A stretch of DNA of 48,062 nt. Origin: an uncultured Candidatus Saccharibacteria bacterium (lineage in GTDB: Bacteria > Patescibacteriota > Minisyncoccia > Minisyncoccales > Staskawiczbacteraceae). Below the pieces are notes generated by a model. It was not told where the DNA came from. It ran no database searches and saw only the letters and a list, made by a program, of their open reading frames with translations. The position numbers were made by a program, and so were the translations under genes. The DNA lies in assembly GCA_964592355.1 (NCBI GenBank), contig CAZQBZ010000001.1:1-48062 (forward strand), in the 5' to 3' direction. Below, piece after piece: positions 7,228 through 17,204 of the stretch; the first letter of the stretch is position 1, and every line of letters starts with the position of its first letter.

Positions 7228-7682
7228 TGAAAAAGAAAAATAAGCAAATAATAAATATAATAATTATTTCTCTTGCCGCAATCGCGCTTGCCGGAGCAAT
7301 TACGTTTTGGATTTATAAAGCATTTTTGGGGCCTAAAACCGATATATATTCGGGCACATGGGTTTGGGAAAAGACAATAATGAACGACGACACAACAATT
7401 ATGCCAAATCAGGCAGAAGCCTTCACTTTAACCTTTGTAATTGGCGGCAGGGTTTCCGGCGAAACGGACTGTAATGGTTTTACCGGCAATTTTGCGATCA
7501 CGCAGGACGGGAGTATAACTTTTAACCAGTTGGCAAGCACAGAAATGTTTTGCCAGGATTCGCAAGAAAATATATTTTTAGACGAAATTCAAAATGTTGA
7601 CCGATATCTTTTTGATAAATCGGGAAACTTGGTGCTCAATTTAAAGTTTGATTCGGGGAGCATTTATTTTAAAAAACAATAA
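7227..7682 (+). CDS. META domain protein (HslJ-like), membrane anchored
   Basis: CNGFTGNFAITQDGSITFNQLASTEMFC...ENIFLDEIQNVDRYLFDKSGNLVL matches the META/DUF306 pattern. The internal ATG at 7227 was chosen because it is translationally coupled to the upstream stop. Confidence 0.75.
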   Translation: MKKKNKQIINIIIISLAAIALAGAITFWIYKAFLGPKTDIYSGTWVWEKTIMNDDTTIMPNQAEAFTLTFVIGGRVSGETDCNGFTGNFAITQDGSITFNQLASTEMFCQDSQENIFLDEIQNVDRYLFDKSGNLVLNLKFDSGSIYFKKQ

Positions 7683-7715
7683 TATCGCTACGCTATAACA
7701 ATTAAAAATTAAAAA

Positions 7716-7740
7716 CCCGCCGACGCCCGACGTCGGCGGG
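7716..7740. repeat. 25-nt GC-rich palindrome (terminator-like hairpin), repeat copy 1
   Basis: CCCGCCGACG-CCCGA-CGTCGGCGGG, flanked by A-runs. Its reverse complement is identical over 24 nt to 11334-11357 inside atpH. Confidence 0.8.
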
Positions 7741-7751
7741 AAAGATAAAAT

Positions 7752-8516
7752 ATGAATAAAAGTTTTCTATGGTTTATTTTTGGCATTATTATAATAGTCG
7801 CCATTGCAGCCGCTGTGCTGTATTCGCAAGGATATATATCTATTAAAACGTCCCAGCTGACAGGCACTATTTCTTATCGGGAGAAAATAGTATTGCCTCA
7901 GGGCAGCGAGATAGTGGCGCAAATTCGCGATATCACCTCGGGAGATCCAGTAGTGGTGGCTGAAACAAAAATCACAACGCAGGGAGAAAATGTGCCAGTT
8001 TCCTTTACCATAAATTACAATCCAGTCAAAATATCAGAAGACAGAAATTATGATATTTATGCCACGATTGCGGTTGATGGCCAGACAAAGTGGGTTAATA
8101 TCGATTACACGCCTCTTTTGGAAGGCGGAGTTCCCAAGTCTTCCGTTGACCTTATGCTCGTGTTTGCCGAATCATCAAGTCAGATTTCGGCGACTGATTT
8201 GGCGGGAAAGGTTTTTCGCGCAGCCTATTTTAATGGCTCAGAGGTGCCATCTGATGCGGATTATACTTTAAGCTTTAATTCTGGCTCGATAGTGGCCCAA
8301 ATATGCAATATGATGTCGGGTAATTTTACAATCAATGGCGGGGTTATCTCCGGCAGTTTGATAACAACGGAAAAGCTATGCACAAGCCCATCGGGAATCA
8401 TGCAGGTGGAAGACGCCTTTAAGTCTATGATGGATTCCGGAGCCAATTTAGATTTTTCAAATGATGCCTTAACTCTTTCCGGCCAAGGCGCAAGCATAGT
8501 ATTTATCCAGCAATAG
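7752..8516 (+). CDS. YbaY-like lipoprotein domain + META domain protein
   Basis: An N-terminal TM segment is followed by ISYREKIVLPQGSEIVAQIRDI...NYDIYATIAVDG (YbaY-like). The C-terminus CNMMSGNFTINGG..ITTEKLC...ALTLSG is META-like. Confidence 0.65.
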   Translation: MNKSFLWFIFGIIIIVAIAAAVLYSQGYISIKTSQLTGTISYREKIVLPQGSEIVAQIRDITSGDPVVVAETKITTQGENVPVSFTINYNPVKISEDRNYDIYATIAVDGQTKWVNIDYTPLLEGGVPKSSVDLMLVFAESSSQISATDLAGKVFRAAYFNGSEVPSDADYTLSFNSGSIVAQICNMMSGNFTINGGVISGSLITTEKLCTSPSGIMQVEDAFKSMMDSGANLDFSNDALTLSGQGASIVFIQQ

Positions 8517-8525
8517 AAACAGAGC

Positions 8526-9122
8526 ATGAAAGCCTTAATTATTTTTGGTCACCCGGACACCAATATCGGTTTTGCTGTCAACATGTTGGAGGCGGTTAAA
8601 AACCGCCTGCAAGAAAGGGAGTGTGATTTTGAGGTCCTGGATTTGTATAAAATGAATTATGATCCGGTTTTAAAGTCAAGCGAGCTTTATACAGCGGGAA
8701 ATAGGGAGATTAGTTCGGAAAACTTGCAAATACAACAGAAAATAAAAGAGGCAAACGGCCTAATTTTCATTTACCCTGTCTGGTGGGGCGGGATGCCCGC
8801 GATAATGAAAGGATTTATGGATAGGGTTTTTACTCCCTGGTTTGCTTTTAAATACAGAAAAGATAAGCTTATGAATTTTGTTCCTGATAAATTGCTGGAT
8901 GATAAAAAGATTGCGGCTTTTGTGAGCTTTGGCGCGCCAAGATTTGTGTATGCGATGCTTTTGCATCCGGTTAAAATAATAAACAAGTTTGTTATATTCG
9001 GCCTTTTTTCTAAAAAATCCAAAACATTTTGCATATATAAGGCAAATTCGGCAACGGCTAAAGACAGGATGGCTCAAATAGCAAAAACGGCCCGGCAGGG
9101 AGTGGACTGGCTTATAGGTTGA
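8526..9122 (+). CDS. NAD(P)H dehydrogenase (quinone)/flavodoxin-like fold oxidoreductase
   Basis: MKALIIFGHP...LIFIYPVWWGGMPAIMKGFMDRVF is typical of the Flavodoxin_2 family. Confidence 0.75.
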   Translation: MKALIIFGHPDTNIGFAVNMLEAVKNRLQERECDFEVLDLYKMNYDPVLKSSELYTAGNREISSENLQIQQKIKEANGLIFIYPVWWGGMPAIMKGFMDRVFTPWFAFKYRKDKLMNFVPDKLLDDKKIAAFVSFGAPRFVYAMLLHPVKIINKFVIFGLFSKKSKTFCIYKANSATAKDRMAQIAKTARQGVDWLIG

Positions 9123-9207
9123 CAAAACCGAATAAAATACTAAGGTAAAGCAGTAGCTCTTTTTGTTAACCTGTTTCTATCAGATCCGCCAGAAAGGAGG
9201 AAGGACG

Positions 9208-9591
9208 ATGTTGCTTAGCATTTCGGAGCCTTGCGTTGAGTCAATGCAGGGCTCTCTGTTGTTTGTGGACTTTGTTGCCTTGTGCAGCAAGGTTGTTGAC
9301 GTCAACAAAGATAGGCGGTACTTTATCCGCGATTCTTCTGACAACAACACCCAAGAGGGTCCCACAGGCAAGAATGGATGCCGGAAATACTCCATTTGGT
9401 TGGAGTACGATGGCCAGCCTTTACTCAAAAGTGTGAAGGCTTCCAACTGGGAGGCAGAAGCCGACCGCCAGCTTGACCGCGAGGTTCAAGAGAGGATTTT
9501 TCTGCTGCAAGAACACGAAGAAGCCCGGCGCATATTTGAACTGGCAAAACGTTTCTTGGAGCGTAAAAAGCCCTTGTGCCAATGTAAGTAG
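9208..9591 (+). CDS. hypothetical protein (GC-rich orphan)
   Basis: ATG at 9208 is preceded by AGGAGG (9195-9200). 127 aa, no recognised family. Composition is GC-rich. Confidence 0.5.
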   Translation: MLLSISEPCVESMQGSLLFVDFVALCSKVVDVNKDRRYFIRDSSDNNTQEGPTGKNGCRKYSIWLEYDGQPLLKSVKASNWEAEADRQLDREVQERIFLLQEHEEARRIFELAKRFLERKKPLCQCK

Positions 9592-9732
9592 CCGGAAGGC
9601 GACATTTTTTAAGGCCCCGAGATAATATCAACGGGCCTTTTGCTTTTGCGGTGTTTTTACAGTTGCAAAAAGTTTTAAAATGTGTATAAAATAAAATATC
9701 TGTTTTTAAAATAGAAATTACGTTTTATATAA

Positions 9733-10461
9733 ATGGAAGAGATTTCTTTAAAGGCGCAACAGATTTTCAGTCTTGGAAACTTTCAAGTGACCAACTCTTT
9801 TTTTTTAACTCTTGTAGTTTGCGTTTTTTTGTTGGGATTTGCGATTTTGCTGAATAGAAAAATAAAATTGGTGCCGGGCAGGCTTCAGGGGGCAGTTGAA
9901 ATGGGAGCCGAGGCCCTGCTTAATTTGATGGAATCCACCCTGGGCAGCATGCATAACGCCAGAAAATATTTTCCCCTTGTCGCAACGATATTTTTATTTA
10001 TCCTTACCTGCAATTTGTTTGGGCTTTTGCCGGGAGTCGGGTCAGCTTGGATAGAATTTAACCATCACGAGGTGCCATTATTCAGATCGCCCGCCGCCGA
10101 CCTTAACTTTACATTAGCGTTTGCCGTGATTTCCGTTTTGGTGACAAATGCCTTGGGAATGGCGGCAACAGGAGTATTCAGCCATCTTGGCAAGTATTTT
10201 AACTTTAAGGGTCCGATAGAATTCTTTGTTGGAATTTTGGAAATAGTGTCGGAAATTGCCAAAATAGTCAGTTTGTCTTTCAGGCTGTTCGGGAATGTGT
10301 TTGCGGGAGAGGTGCTGCTTACGATCGTAACGTTTTTAGCGCCGTATTTTATACCATTGCCATTTATGTTTTTGGAAGTGTTTGTGGGAATGATTCAGGC
10401 ATTTATATTCGCAATGATAACACTGGTTTCAATATCGCTTCATACGGCAGAACATCACTAA
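9733..10461 (+). CDS. atpB: F0F1 ATP synthase subunit a
   Basis: Multi-TM protein with LSFRLFGNVFAGE (conserved Arg helix). First gene of the atp cluster. Confidence 0.92.
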   Translation: MEEISLKAQQIFSLGNFQVTNSFFLTLVVCVFLLGFAILLNRKIKLVPGRLQGAVEMGAEALLNLMESTLGSMHNARKYFPLVATIFLFILTCNLFGLLPGVGSAWIEFNHHEVPLFRSPAADLNFTLAFAVISVLVTNALGMAATGVFSHLGKYFNFKGPIEFFVGILEIVSEIAKIVSLSFRLFGNVFAGEVLLTIVTFLAPYFIPLPFMFLEVFVGMIQAFIFAMITLVSISLHTAEHH

Positions 10462-10508
10462 ATTTGTCAATAAAATTAAAGGTCAAAAATAATTAATTTA
10501 AAAAAAAC

Positions 10509-10739
10509 ATGGAATTAGAAGGCATTAAAACATTAGCAGTTGCAGGAACAATCGTTCTTGGCGCAATATTGCCAGCCATTTCAATCGGCTGGATCGGATC
10601 ATCGGCTTTGAAGGCTATTGGCAGAAATCCAGAAGCTGCTTCAAAGGTACAGACAATGGCAATTTTGGCCATTGCTTTCGCTGAAGCCATTGCTATTTAT
10701 GCATTGGTTATCGCTTTGATTATCAAATTCGTTGCCTAA
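10509..10739 (+). CDS. atpE: F0F1 ATP synthase subunit c
   Basis: 76-aa helical hairpin with a GRNPE loop and AFAEAIAIYALV (carboxylate Glu). Confidence 0.92.
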   Translation: MELEGIKTLAVAGTIVLGAILPAISIGWIGSSALKAIGRNPEAASKVQTMAILAIAFAEAIAIYALVIALIIKFVA

Positions 10740-10790
10740 TTTAAGGCTGAAAATTGCCCCGATTTTCGGGGCAGAATTTAGTTTTTAATT

Positions 10791-11291
10791 ATGGAAAACG
10801 AACTATTATCTCAACTCGGAATAAATTGGGGAATATTTTTAAGCCAGGCTTTTAATTTTGCCATACTTTTGGCGGTCCTGACTTTTTTTGTGTACAAACC
10901 CCTTATGAAAGTGCTGGACGAAAGGGCAAAAAGGATAAAAGAGGGGTTGGACAAGGCCCAGGAAGCCGATGTCAGGCTTAAAGAGGTTGATGAAATCTCC
11001 AAGGAAAAAATAAAGACAGCCGAGCAAAAATCAGTTGAAATTATCAGGCTTACCGGCCAAAAAGCCAAAATATTGGAGCAAGATATGATGCAGAAAATGG
11101 AGGAAAAGCAAAGGCAAATTGCTCTGGAAACCGAAAAAATGGCTAAAAAACAAAAAGAAGACGCCGAGAAGCAGGTTTTAAGCAATGCTGTGGCTCTGGT
11201 AAGAGACCTTATTATAAAAACAGTTGAGCTTAACCCCAAAGACATTGACGACAAGTTAATTAAGAAAGCGGCAGATGAAATACAAGGTTAA
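10791..11291 (+). CDS. atpF: F0F1 ATP synthase subunit b
   Basis: N-terminal TM segment plus a long charged helix. Located between atpE and atpH. Confidence 0.85.
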   Translation: MENELLSQLGINWGIFLSQAFNFAILLAVLTFFVYKPLMKVLDERAKRIKEGLDKAQEADVRLKEVDEISKEKIKTAEQKSVEIIRLTGQKAKILEQDMMQKMEEKQRQIALETEKMAKKQKEDAEKQVLSNAVALVRDLIIKTVELNPKDIDDKLIKKAADEIQG

Positions 11292-11658
11292 GGATTACGC
11301 AAAAGCCTTGGCCGAAGTTTTATCGGCCAAAAACCCGCCGACGTCGGGCGTCGGCGGAATTTCAGTGGGGTTTATAAAATTATTGGAAAAGCAAGGAGAC
11401 CTGGGTAAAGCCAAAGAAATATTGGAAAAGACAGAAATTTTTTTGGCAAAAAAGCAGGGTAAAAAATCCATAACATTTGAGACGGCAAGAAAATTGACAG
11501 ACAATCAAAAGAAATCTTTTTCAAAATTTATTGAAAAAGGCGACGTGGTGAAAGAAAAAATAAGCCCGGATTTGATTGCAGGTATAAAGATTGTGATTGA
11601 TGGCGACAGGCAAATTGATTATTCAATGAAAAACAAAATAAACAAAATATTCTCATGA
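11275..11658 (+). CDS. atpH: F0F1 ATP synthase subunit delta (short, 127 aa), carrying an in-frame palindromic repeat
   Basis: Lies between b and alpha. N-terminus is YAKALAEVL and the C-terminus IAGIKIVIDGDRQIDYSMKNKI is delta/OSCP-like. It overlaps atpF by 17 nt and atpA by 4 nt. Confidence 0.8.
   Translation: MKYKVKDYAKALAEVLSAKNPPTSGVGGISVGFIKLLEKQGDLGKAKEILEKTEIFLAKKQGKKSITFETARKLTDNQKKSFSKFIEKGDVVKEKISPDLIAGIKIVIDGDRQIDYSMKNKINKIFS
11334..11357. repeat. 24-nt GC-rich palindrome inside the atpH coding sequence, repeat copy 2
   Basis: CCCGCCGACGTCGGGCGTCGGCGG is the reverse complement of 7717-7740. It encodes PPTSGVGG in frame within atpH. Confidence 0.8.
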
Positions 11659-13175
11659 GCCAGGAAATAATAGAAAAACTTAAAAAATCAATTGAGAATT
11701 ACAAAGAAAATCCTCAATGGGAAGAAGTCGGAAAAGTTGTTGAAGCGGGCGACGGAATTCTAAAAATTTCGGGGCTTAGCAAGGCAGAATCTTTGGAGGT
11801 TTTGGCGGTTGAAACAGAAAAAGACATTGTAAAAGTTTTGGCTTTAAACCTTGAAGAAGATTCTATCGGAGCTTTGGTTTTGGGTGATGCCGGACATATT
11901 AAAGCAGGTCAGACGGTAAAAAGAACAAAGCAATTGCTTTCTATTCCAGTGGGTGAAAATTTGCTGGGCAGAGTTGTAGACCCCCTTGGGAATCCTTTGG
12001 ACGGCAAAGGCCCGATTTTTTCGGCCAAAGATAAATTTGAAAGCTATAACTTGGAAAACTCTGCTCCAAATGTTTTAAGCAGGGAAGGGGTTAATTATCC
12101 CATGCACACGGGGATTAAAGCCATTGACGCTATGATTCCGGTTGGACGAGGCCAAAGGGAGCTTATTATCGGCGACAGGCAAACAGGTAAAACAGCTATT
12201 GCCCTGGATGTTATCATAAACCAAAAAGACGAAGAAAAGAGGCCGATTTGCATTTATGTGGCTGTGGGTCAGAAAGAGAGTAAGGTGGCTAAAATCGCTG
12301 AAACTTTGAAACAGCAGGGCGCCTTGGAATATTCAATTATCGTGTCAGCATCGGCTTCAAGCCCTGCCGCATTTTGGTATTTGGCGCCGTTTGCAGGATG
12401 CGCCATTGGTGAATATTTTAGAGACAAAGGCAAAGATGCTCTTGTGATTTATGACGACTTGTCAAAGCATGCTTGGGCATATAGGCAAATTTCTTTGTTG
12501 CTTCGCAGGCCGCCAGGAAGAGAAGCATACCCGGGAGACGTGTTCTATTTGCATTCGAGGCTTTTGGAAAGAGCCGCCAAATTGAGTAAAGAAAAAGGCG
12601 GGGGCAGTTTGACTGCTTTGCCGATTATTGAAACTCAGCTTGGAGATGTGACAGCATACATTCCAACAAACGTGATTTCTATTACAGACGGCCAAATTTA
12701 TTTGGAATCAGATTTATTTTACCAGGGAACAAGACCTGCTGTTAATGTGGGATTATCAGTGTCTCGCGTGGGTTCATCTGCTCAAACAAAGGCTATGAAA
12801 AAGGTTGCGGGCAAACTCAGGCTGGAATTGGCGCAATTCCGCGAGCTGCAAACATTCGTGCAGTTTGCATCAGATGTTGACGAAGCAACCAAAACAAGGA
12901 TCAATAAGGGCAGAATCATCACAGAAGTGTTAAAGCAGCCGGATTTGGCCCCAATTCCTTTTGAAAAGCAAGTTTTGGTTTTGTACGCGGCTTTGAATGG
13001 ATATTTCAACAAATTTGAGCCAAGCCAGATGCAAGAAATTGAAAAGAAATTTATTGAATATGTTGACGACTTGCATGGCGAGCTGATTGGAAAAATCAAA
13101 AAAGAAAGGGCAATTTCAGAGGAAACGGAAGCCGAAATAAAACAGGTTATAGAAAAATTTATAGAGGCCCAATAA
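11655..13175 (+). CDS. atpA: F0F1 ATP synthase subunit alpha
   Basis: Walker A GDRQTGKT and strongly conserved alpha-subunit sequence throughout. 506 aa. Confidence 0.97.
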   Translation: MSQEIIEKLKKSIENYKENPQWEEVGKVVEAGDGILKISGLSKAESLEVLAVETEKDIVKVLALNLEEDSIGALVLGDAGHIKAGQTVKRTKQLLSIPVGENLLGRVVDPLGNPLDGKGPIFSAKDKFESYNLENSAPNVLSREGVNYPMHTGIKAIDAMIPVGRGQRELIIGDRQTGKTAIALDVIINQKDEEKRPICIYVAVGQKESKVAKIAETLKQQGALEYSIIVSASASSPAAFWYLAPFAGCAIGEYFRDKGKDALVIYDDLSKHAWAYRQISLLLRRPPGREAYPGDVFYLHSRLLERAAKLSKEKGGGSLTALPIIETQLGDVTAYIPTNVISITDGQIYLESDLFYQGTRPAVNVGLSVSRVGSSAQTKAMKKVAGKLRLELAQFRELQTFVQFASDVDEATKTRINKGRIITEVLKQPDLAPIPFEKQVLVLYAALNGYFNKFEPSQMQEIEKKFIEYVDDLHGELIGKIKKERAISEETEAEIKQVIEKFIEAQ

Positions 13176-13192
13176 AAGCTACGCTTATATAA

Positions 13193-14137
13193 ATGGAAAG
13201 TCCGCAAAACATCAAAAAAAGGCTAAAATCAGTCAAAAACATCGGCCAAATCACAAAGGCGATGGAGCTGGTTTCGGCTACAAAGATGCGAAAAAGCCAG
13301 CAAGTGGCGCTGGACAGCAGACCCTATAGCTTTGCGGCATTGGATTTATTGGCGACAATTTCTGAACTTGATGTTAAATTGCCAGAGCTTTTGCAAACAA
13401 GGCCGGTTAAAAAGGTTTTGTTTGTGCTTGTGGCATCTGATAAGGGTTTGGCAGGCGCATTTAACAGCTCGGTTTTCAAAAAGTTTGAACAGCATTTAAA
13501 GATCCATAAAGCAGAATGGGACAAAGAAGAGCATTCATATATTGCCGTGGGAGAAAAAGCATATAACTATTTGTCAAAACGTGGATTTAATGTTTTAAAA
13601 AAAGTAAATGATATGGGAGACTTTACGGATTTGGAAGAAGTTTCGCCAATGGCAAACTTTTTGGTGCAAGGATTTTTAGATAAAGATTGGGACAGAGTAA
13701 TTGTCATTTCAACTCATTTTATAACCGCCTTAAAGCAAGAGCCGCATGTTCGCAGAGTGTTGCCTATTGATTTTGACCATATCGCCCAAACCGTTGTTGA
13801 AACAATTCCCGAAAGAGGAAAATTTGCCGAACTTTTAAAAGAAAACGATGTCAGCTTTGTGCCCAATAGGGAAAAAATAAAAGAATATATTATTGAACCG
13901 TCACCGGAAAAAGTTTTGGAAAAATTGGCGGAACATTTGTTTTTGATGACAATTTACCAATTGGTTTTGGAGGCAAATGCATCAGAACATTCGGCCCGCA
14001 GAATGGCAATGAAAACAGCATCGGATAACGCATCGGATTTGGCAGAAAAATTAAATTTGCAATATAACAAGTCGCGTCAGGCAAAAATCACAACAGAGAT
14101 TTCAGAGATTTCGGCAGGAGCCGAGGCCTTGAGCTAA
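13193..14137 (+). CDS. atpG: F0F1 ATP synthase subunit gamma
   Basis: N-terminus IKKRLKSVKNIGQITKAMELVSATKMRK and C-terminus YNKSRQAKITTEISEISAGAEAL. Confidence 0.95.
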   Translation: MESPQNIKKRLKSVKNIGQITKAMELVSATKMRKSQQVALDSRPYSFAALDLLATISELDVKLPELLQTRPVKKVLFVLVASDKGLAGAFNSSVFKKFEQHLKIHKAEWDKEEHSYIAVGEKAYNYLSKRGFNVLKKVNDMGDFTDLEEVSPMANFLVQGFLDKDWDRVIVISTHFITALKQEPHVRRVLPIDFDHIAQTVVETIPERGKFAELLKENDVSFVPNREKIKEYIIEPSPEKVLEKLAEHLFLMTIYQLVLEANASEHSARRMAMKTASDNASDLAEKLNLQYNKSRQAKITTEISEISAGAEALS

Positions 14138-14246
14138 TTTTTTGATATTAATTTTGCTTTTGCGCCACAATAATTTATATTATTAAAATAATTTTTTCAG
14201 AATATCCTACTTGATTATTTAGTTGAATGGTTGTGGTTGGCAATAA

Positions 14247-15671
<1,425 letters not shown>

Positions 15672-15713
15672 TCGCTCGGCCATTGCCTTTGCAAATTGAC
15701 GGGATAATTATCC
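15672..15713 (+). repeat. type-B repeat element, left half only (truncated by or fused to type A)
   Basis: TCGCTCGGCCATTGCCTTTGCAAATTGACGGGATAATT is identical to the left ends at 37091 and 44072. It starts 1 nt after the atpD stop. Confidence 0.85.
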
Positions 15714-15849
15714 CGCTCGGCAACAGATTTGAAAGTGTACGCTCGCCCTTCCAGCGAAGGGCTCGCTCAGGTCCTCGCGCCTGGCGCGCCGCATAGCGGC
15801 GACCAGCCGCCAGGGCTGCGGCAGCCACTTTCAAACCTATTGCCTCGCT
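15714..15849 (+). repeat. type-A MITE-like palindromic repeat element, copy A1
   Basis: Termini are CGCTCGGCAACAGATTTGAAAGTG ... CCACTTTCAAACCTATTGCCTCGCT, enclosing a GC-rich hairpin-rich core. Homologous to 34762-34905 and 38546-38688. Confidence 0.85.
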
Positions 15850-15860
15850 ATAAAATATCT

Positions 15861-16100
15861 ATGAAATTATCAATTTACAGCTTAAAAAGAGTTTTGTTTC
15901 AGGGCCAAGCCCAGCTTTTAAATTGCAAAACAGCAGTGGGCGAGATAACGGTTTTGGATAACCATCATCCTTTGATTGGTATTTTGACTGCGGGAGCCGT
16001 GAAGGTAGTGGCAGAAGAAAAAGAACATTTTTTTGATGTAAAATCAGGCTTTATTGAGGTGCGCCACGGCAACGAGGTCCGCTGCCTTGTTGATGAGTAG
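15861..16100 (+). CDS. atpC: F0F1 ATP synthase subunit epsilon, N-terminal beta-sandwich only (79 aa)
   Basis: MKLSIYSLKRVLFQGQA...GEITVLDNHHPLIGIL..G.VKV...FIEV is epsilon-like. The first ATG after the repeat is used. The ORF-track start at 15729 lies within repeat A1. Confidence 0.8.
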   Translation: MKLSIYSLKRVLFQGQAQLLNCKTAVGEITVLDNHHPLIGILTAGAVKVVAEEKEHFFDVKSGFIEVRHGNEVRCLVDE

Positions 16101-16122
16101 AAAAAGCGTATAATTAAAATAT

Positions 16123-16653
16123 ATGCAGTGTCCAAACGACAACGAATATTTGCAAAAGATGTTGTTCCACGATGTTGAAGTGGACTATTGCCCAAAGTGT
16201 TTGGGTGTTTGGTTTGATAAAGACGAGTTAAGGCTTGCCAAAGACGAAAAAGACAAAGATTTAAATTGGGTTGATATTGATTTGTGGCGCGACAAATCAA
16301 AATTTCAAGTTGCGCATTCAAAAAGGCTTTGCCCGGTGGATAGGACAATGCTTGTGGAAACAAGATACGATAATTCAAGGACAAAAGTGGATTTCTGCAA
16401 AATGTGCAATGGAATTTGGCTTGATAGGGGAGAATTCAAGCAGATAATAAATTACTTGAAAAACAAGTCGGATTACGAAGTTTTAAATCACTACACCAAA
16501 AACTTGGCGGTTGAGTTGTGGGAAGTTTTCTCCGGCCCCGAAACATTTCGTGAAGAATTGGCAGACTTTTTTACATTATTAAAATTATTTAATTACAAAT
16601 TTATCACGCAACATCCGCGTATTACGGATTTGCTTGAAGATTTGCCAAAATAA
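16123..16653 (+). CDS. zinc-ribbon protein with two TFIIB-type Zn-finger (zf-TFIIB) domains
   Basis: Two copies of the C(P).......DxCxxCxGxWxDxxE pattern are present: CPND..DYCPKCLGVWFDKDEL and CPVD..DFCKMCNGIWLDRGEF. Confidence 0.7.
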   Translation: MQCPNDNEYLQKMLFHDVEVDYCPKCLGVWFDKDELRLAKDEKDKDLNWVDIDLWRDKSKFQVAHSKRLCPVDRTMLVETRYDNSRTKVDFCKMCNGIWLDRGEFKQIINYLKNKSDYEVLNHYTKNLAVELWEVFSGPETFREELADFFTLLKLFNYKFITQHPRITDLLEDLPK

Positions 16654-16655
16654 CT

Positions 16656-17204
16656 ATGATAGGATATATAATTTTAGCCGTTGTCGTGGTTGTCGCCCTG
16701 TGGGTGATTGCGGCATTTAATGGCTTTGTAGTGTTGAAAAACAGGGCAAAAGAAGCTTGGTCGGATATCGATGTGCAACTAAAAAGAAGGTATGACTTAA
16801 TTCCAAATTTGGTTGAAACAGTAAAGGGTTATGCAACACACGAAAGGGAAACATTAGACAAAGTTATCCAGGCAAGGGCAGCCGCAATGGGAGCAAAAGA
16901 TATTCACGAAAAAGCAGGAGCAGAAAATATGCTGTCTGATACATTAAAAAGTTTGTTTGCAATCTCTGAAAATTATCCGGACTTGAAGGCTTCAACAAAC
17001 TTTTTGGAATTACAGCGCGAACTTACAGACACAGAAGACAAAATTCAGGCAGCCCGCAGGTTTTATAACACAAATGTCAGGGATTTGAACATTAAAGTTG
17101 AGCAATTCCCCGGCAACATAATCGCAAACATTTTTGGATTCAAGCAGATGGAGCTTTTTGAAGCAAAAGGAGCCGAAAAAGATCCCGTTGCAGTAAAGTT
17201 TTAA
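16656..17204 (+). CDS. lemA: LemA family protein
   Basis: N-terminal TM segment plus AWSDIDVQLKRRYDLIPNLVETVKGYATHERETL...ARRFYN, typical of LemA. Confidence 0.9.
   Translation: MIGYIILAVVVVVALWVIAAFNGFVVLKNRAKEAWSDIDVQLKRRYDLIPNLVETVKGYATHERETLDKVIQARAAAMGAKDIHEKAGAENMLSDTLKSLFAISENYPDLKASTNFLELQRELTDTEDKIQAARRFYNTNVRDLNIKVEQFPGNIIANIFGFKQMELFEAKGAEKDPVAVKF

Noticed and set aside
10747-10780. Hairpin TTGCCCCG-ATTTTC-GGGGCAG between atpE and atpF as a terminator
   Set aside because: The stem is short and is not followed by a clean T-run. It lies within an operon that must read through. At most it is a weak attenuator or stability element, so it is not listed as a feature.
10811-11254. 147-aa antisense ORF inside atpF, and other antisense ORFs within atpA, atpG and atpD
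   Set aside because: They have low-complexity Ser/Phe/Leu-rich translations opposite strongly conserved ATP synthase genes. They are typical shadow ORFs.
15729-15860. Extended N-terminus of atpC (track ORF start at 15729)
   Set aside because: The extra 44 residues are encoded entirely by repeat element A1. Similar peptides arise from other copies on either strand. Epsilon homology begins at the ATG at 15861.
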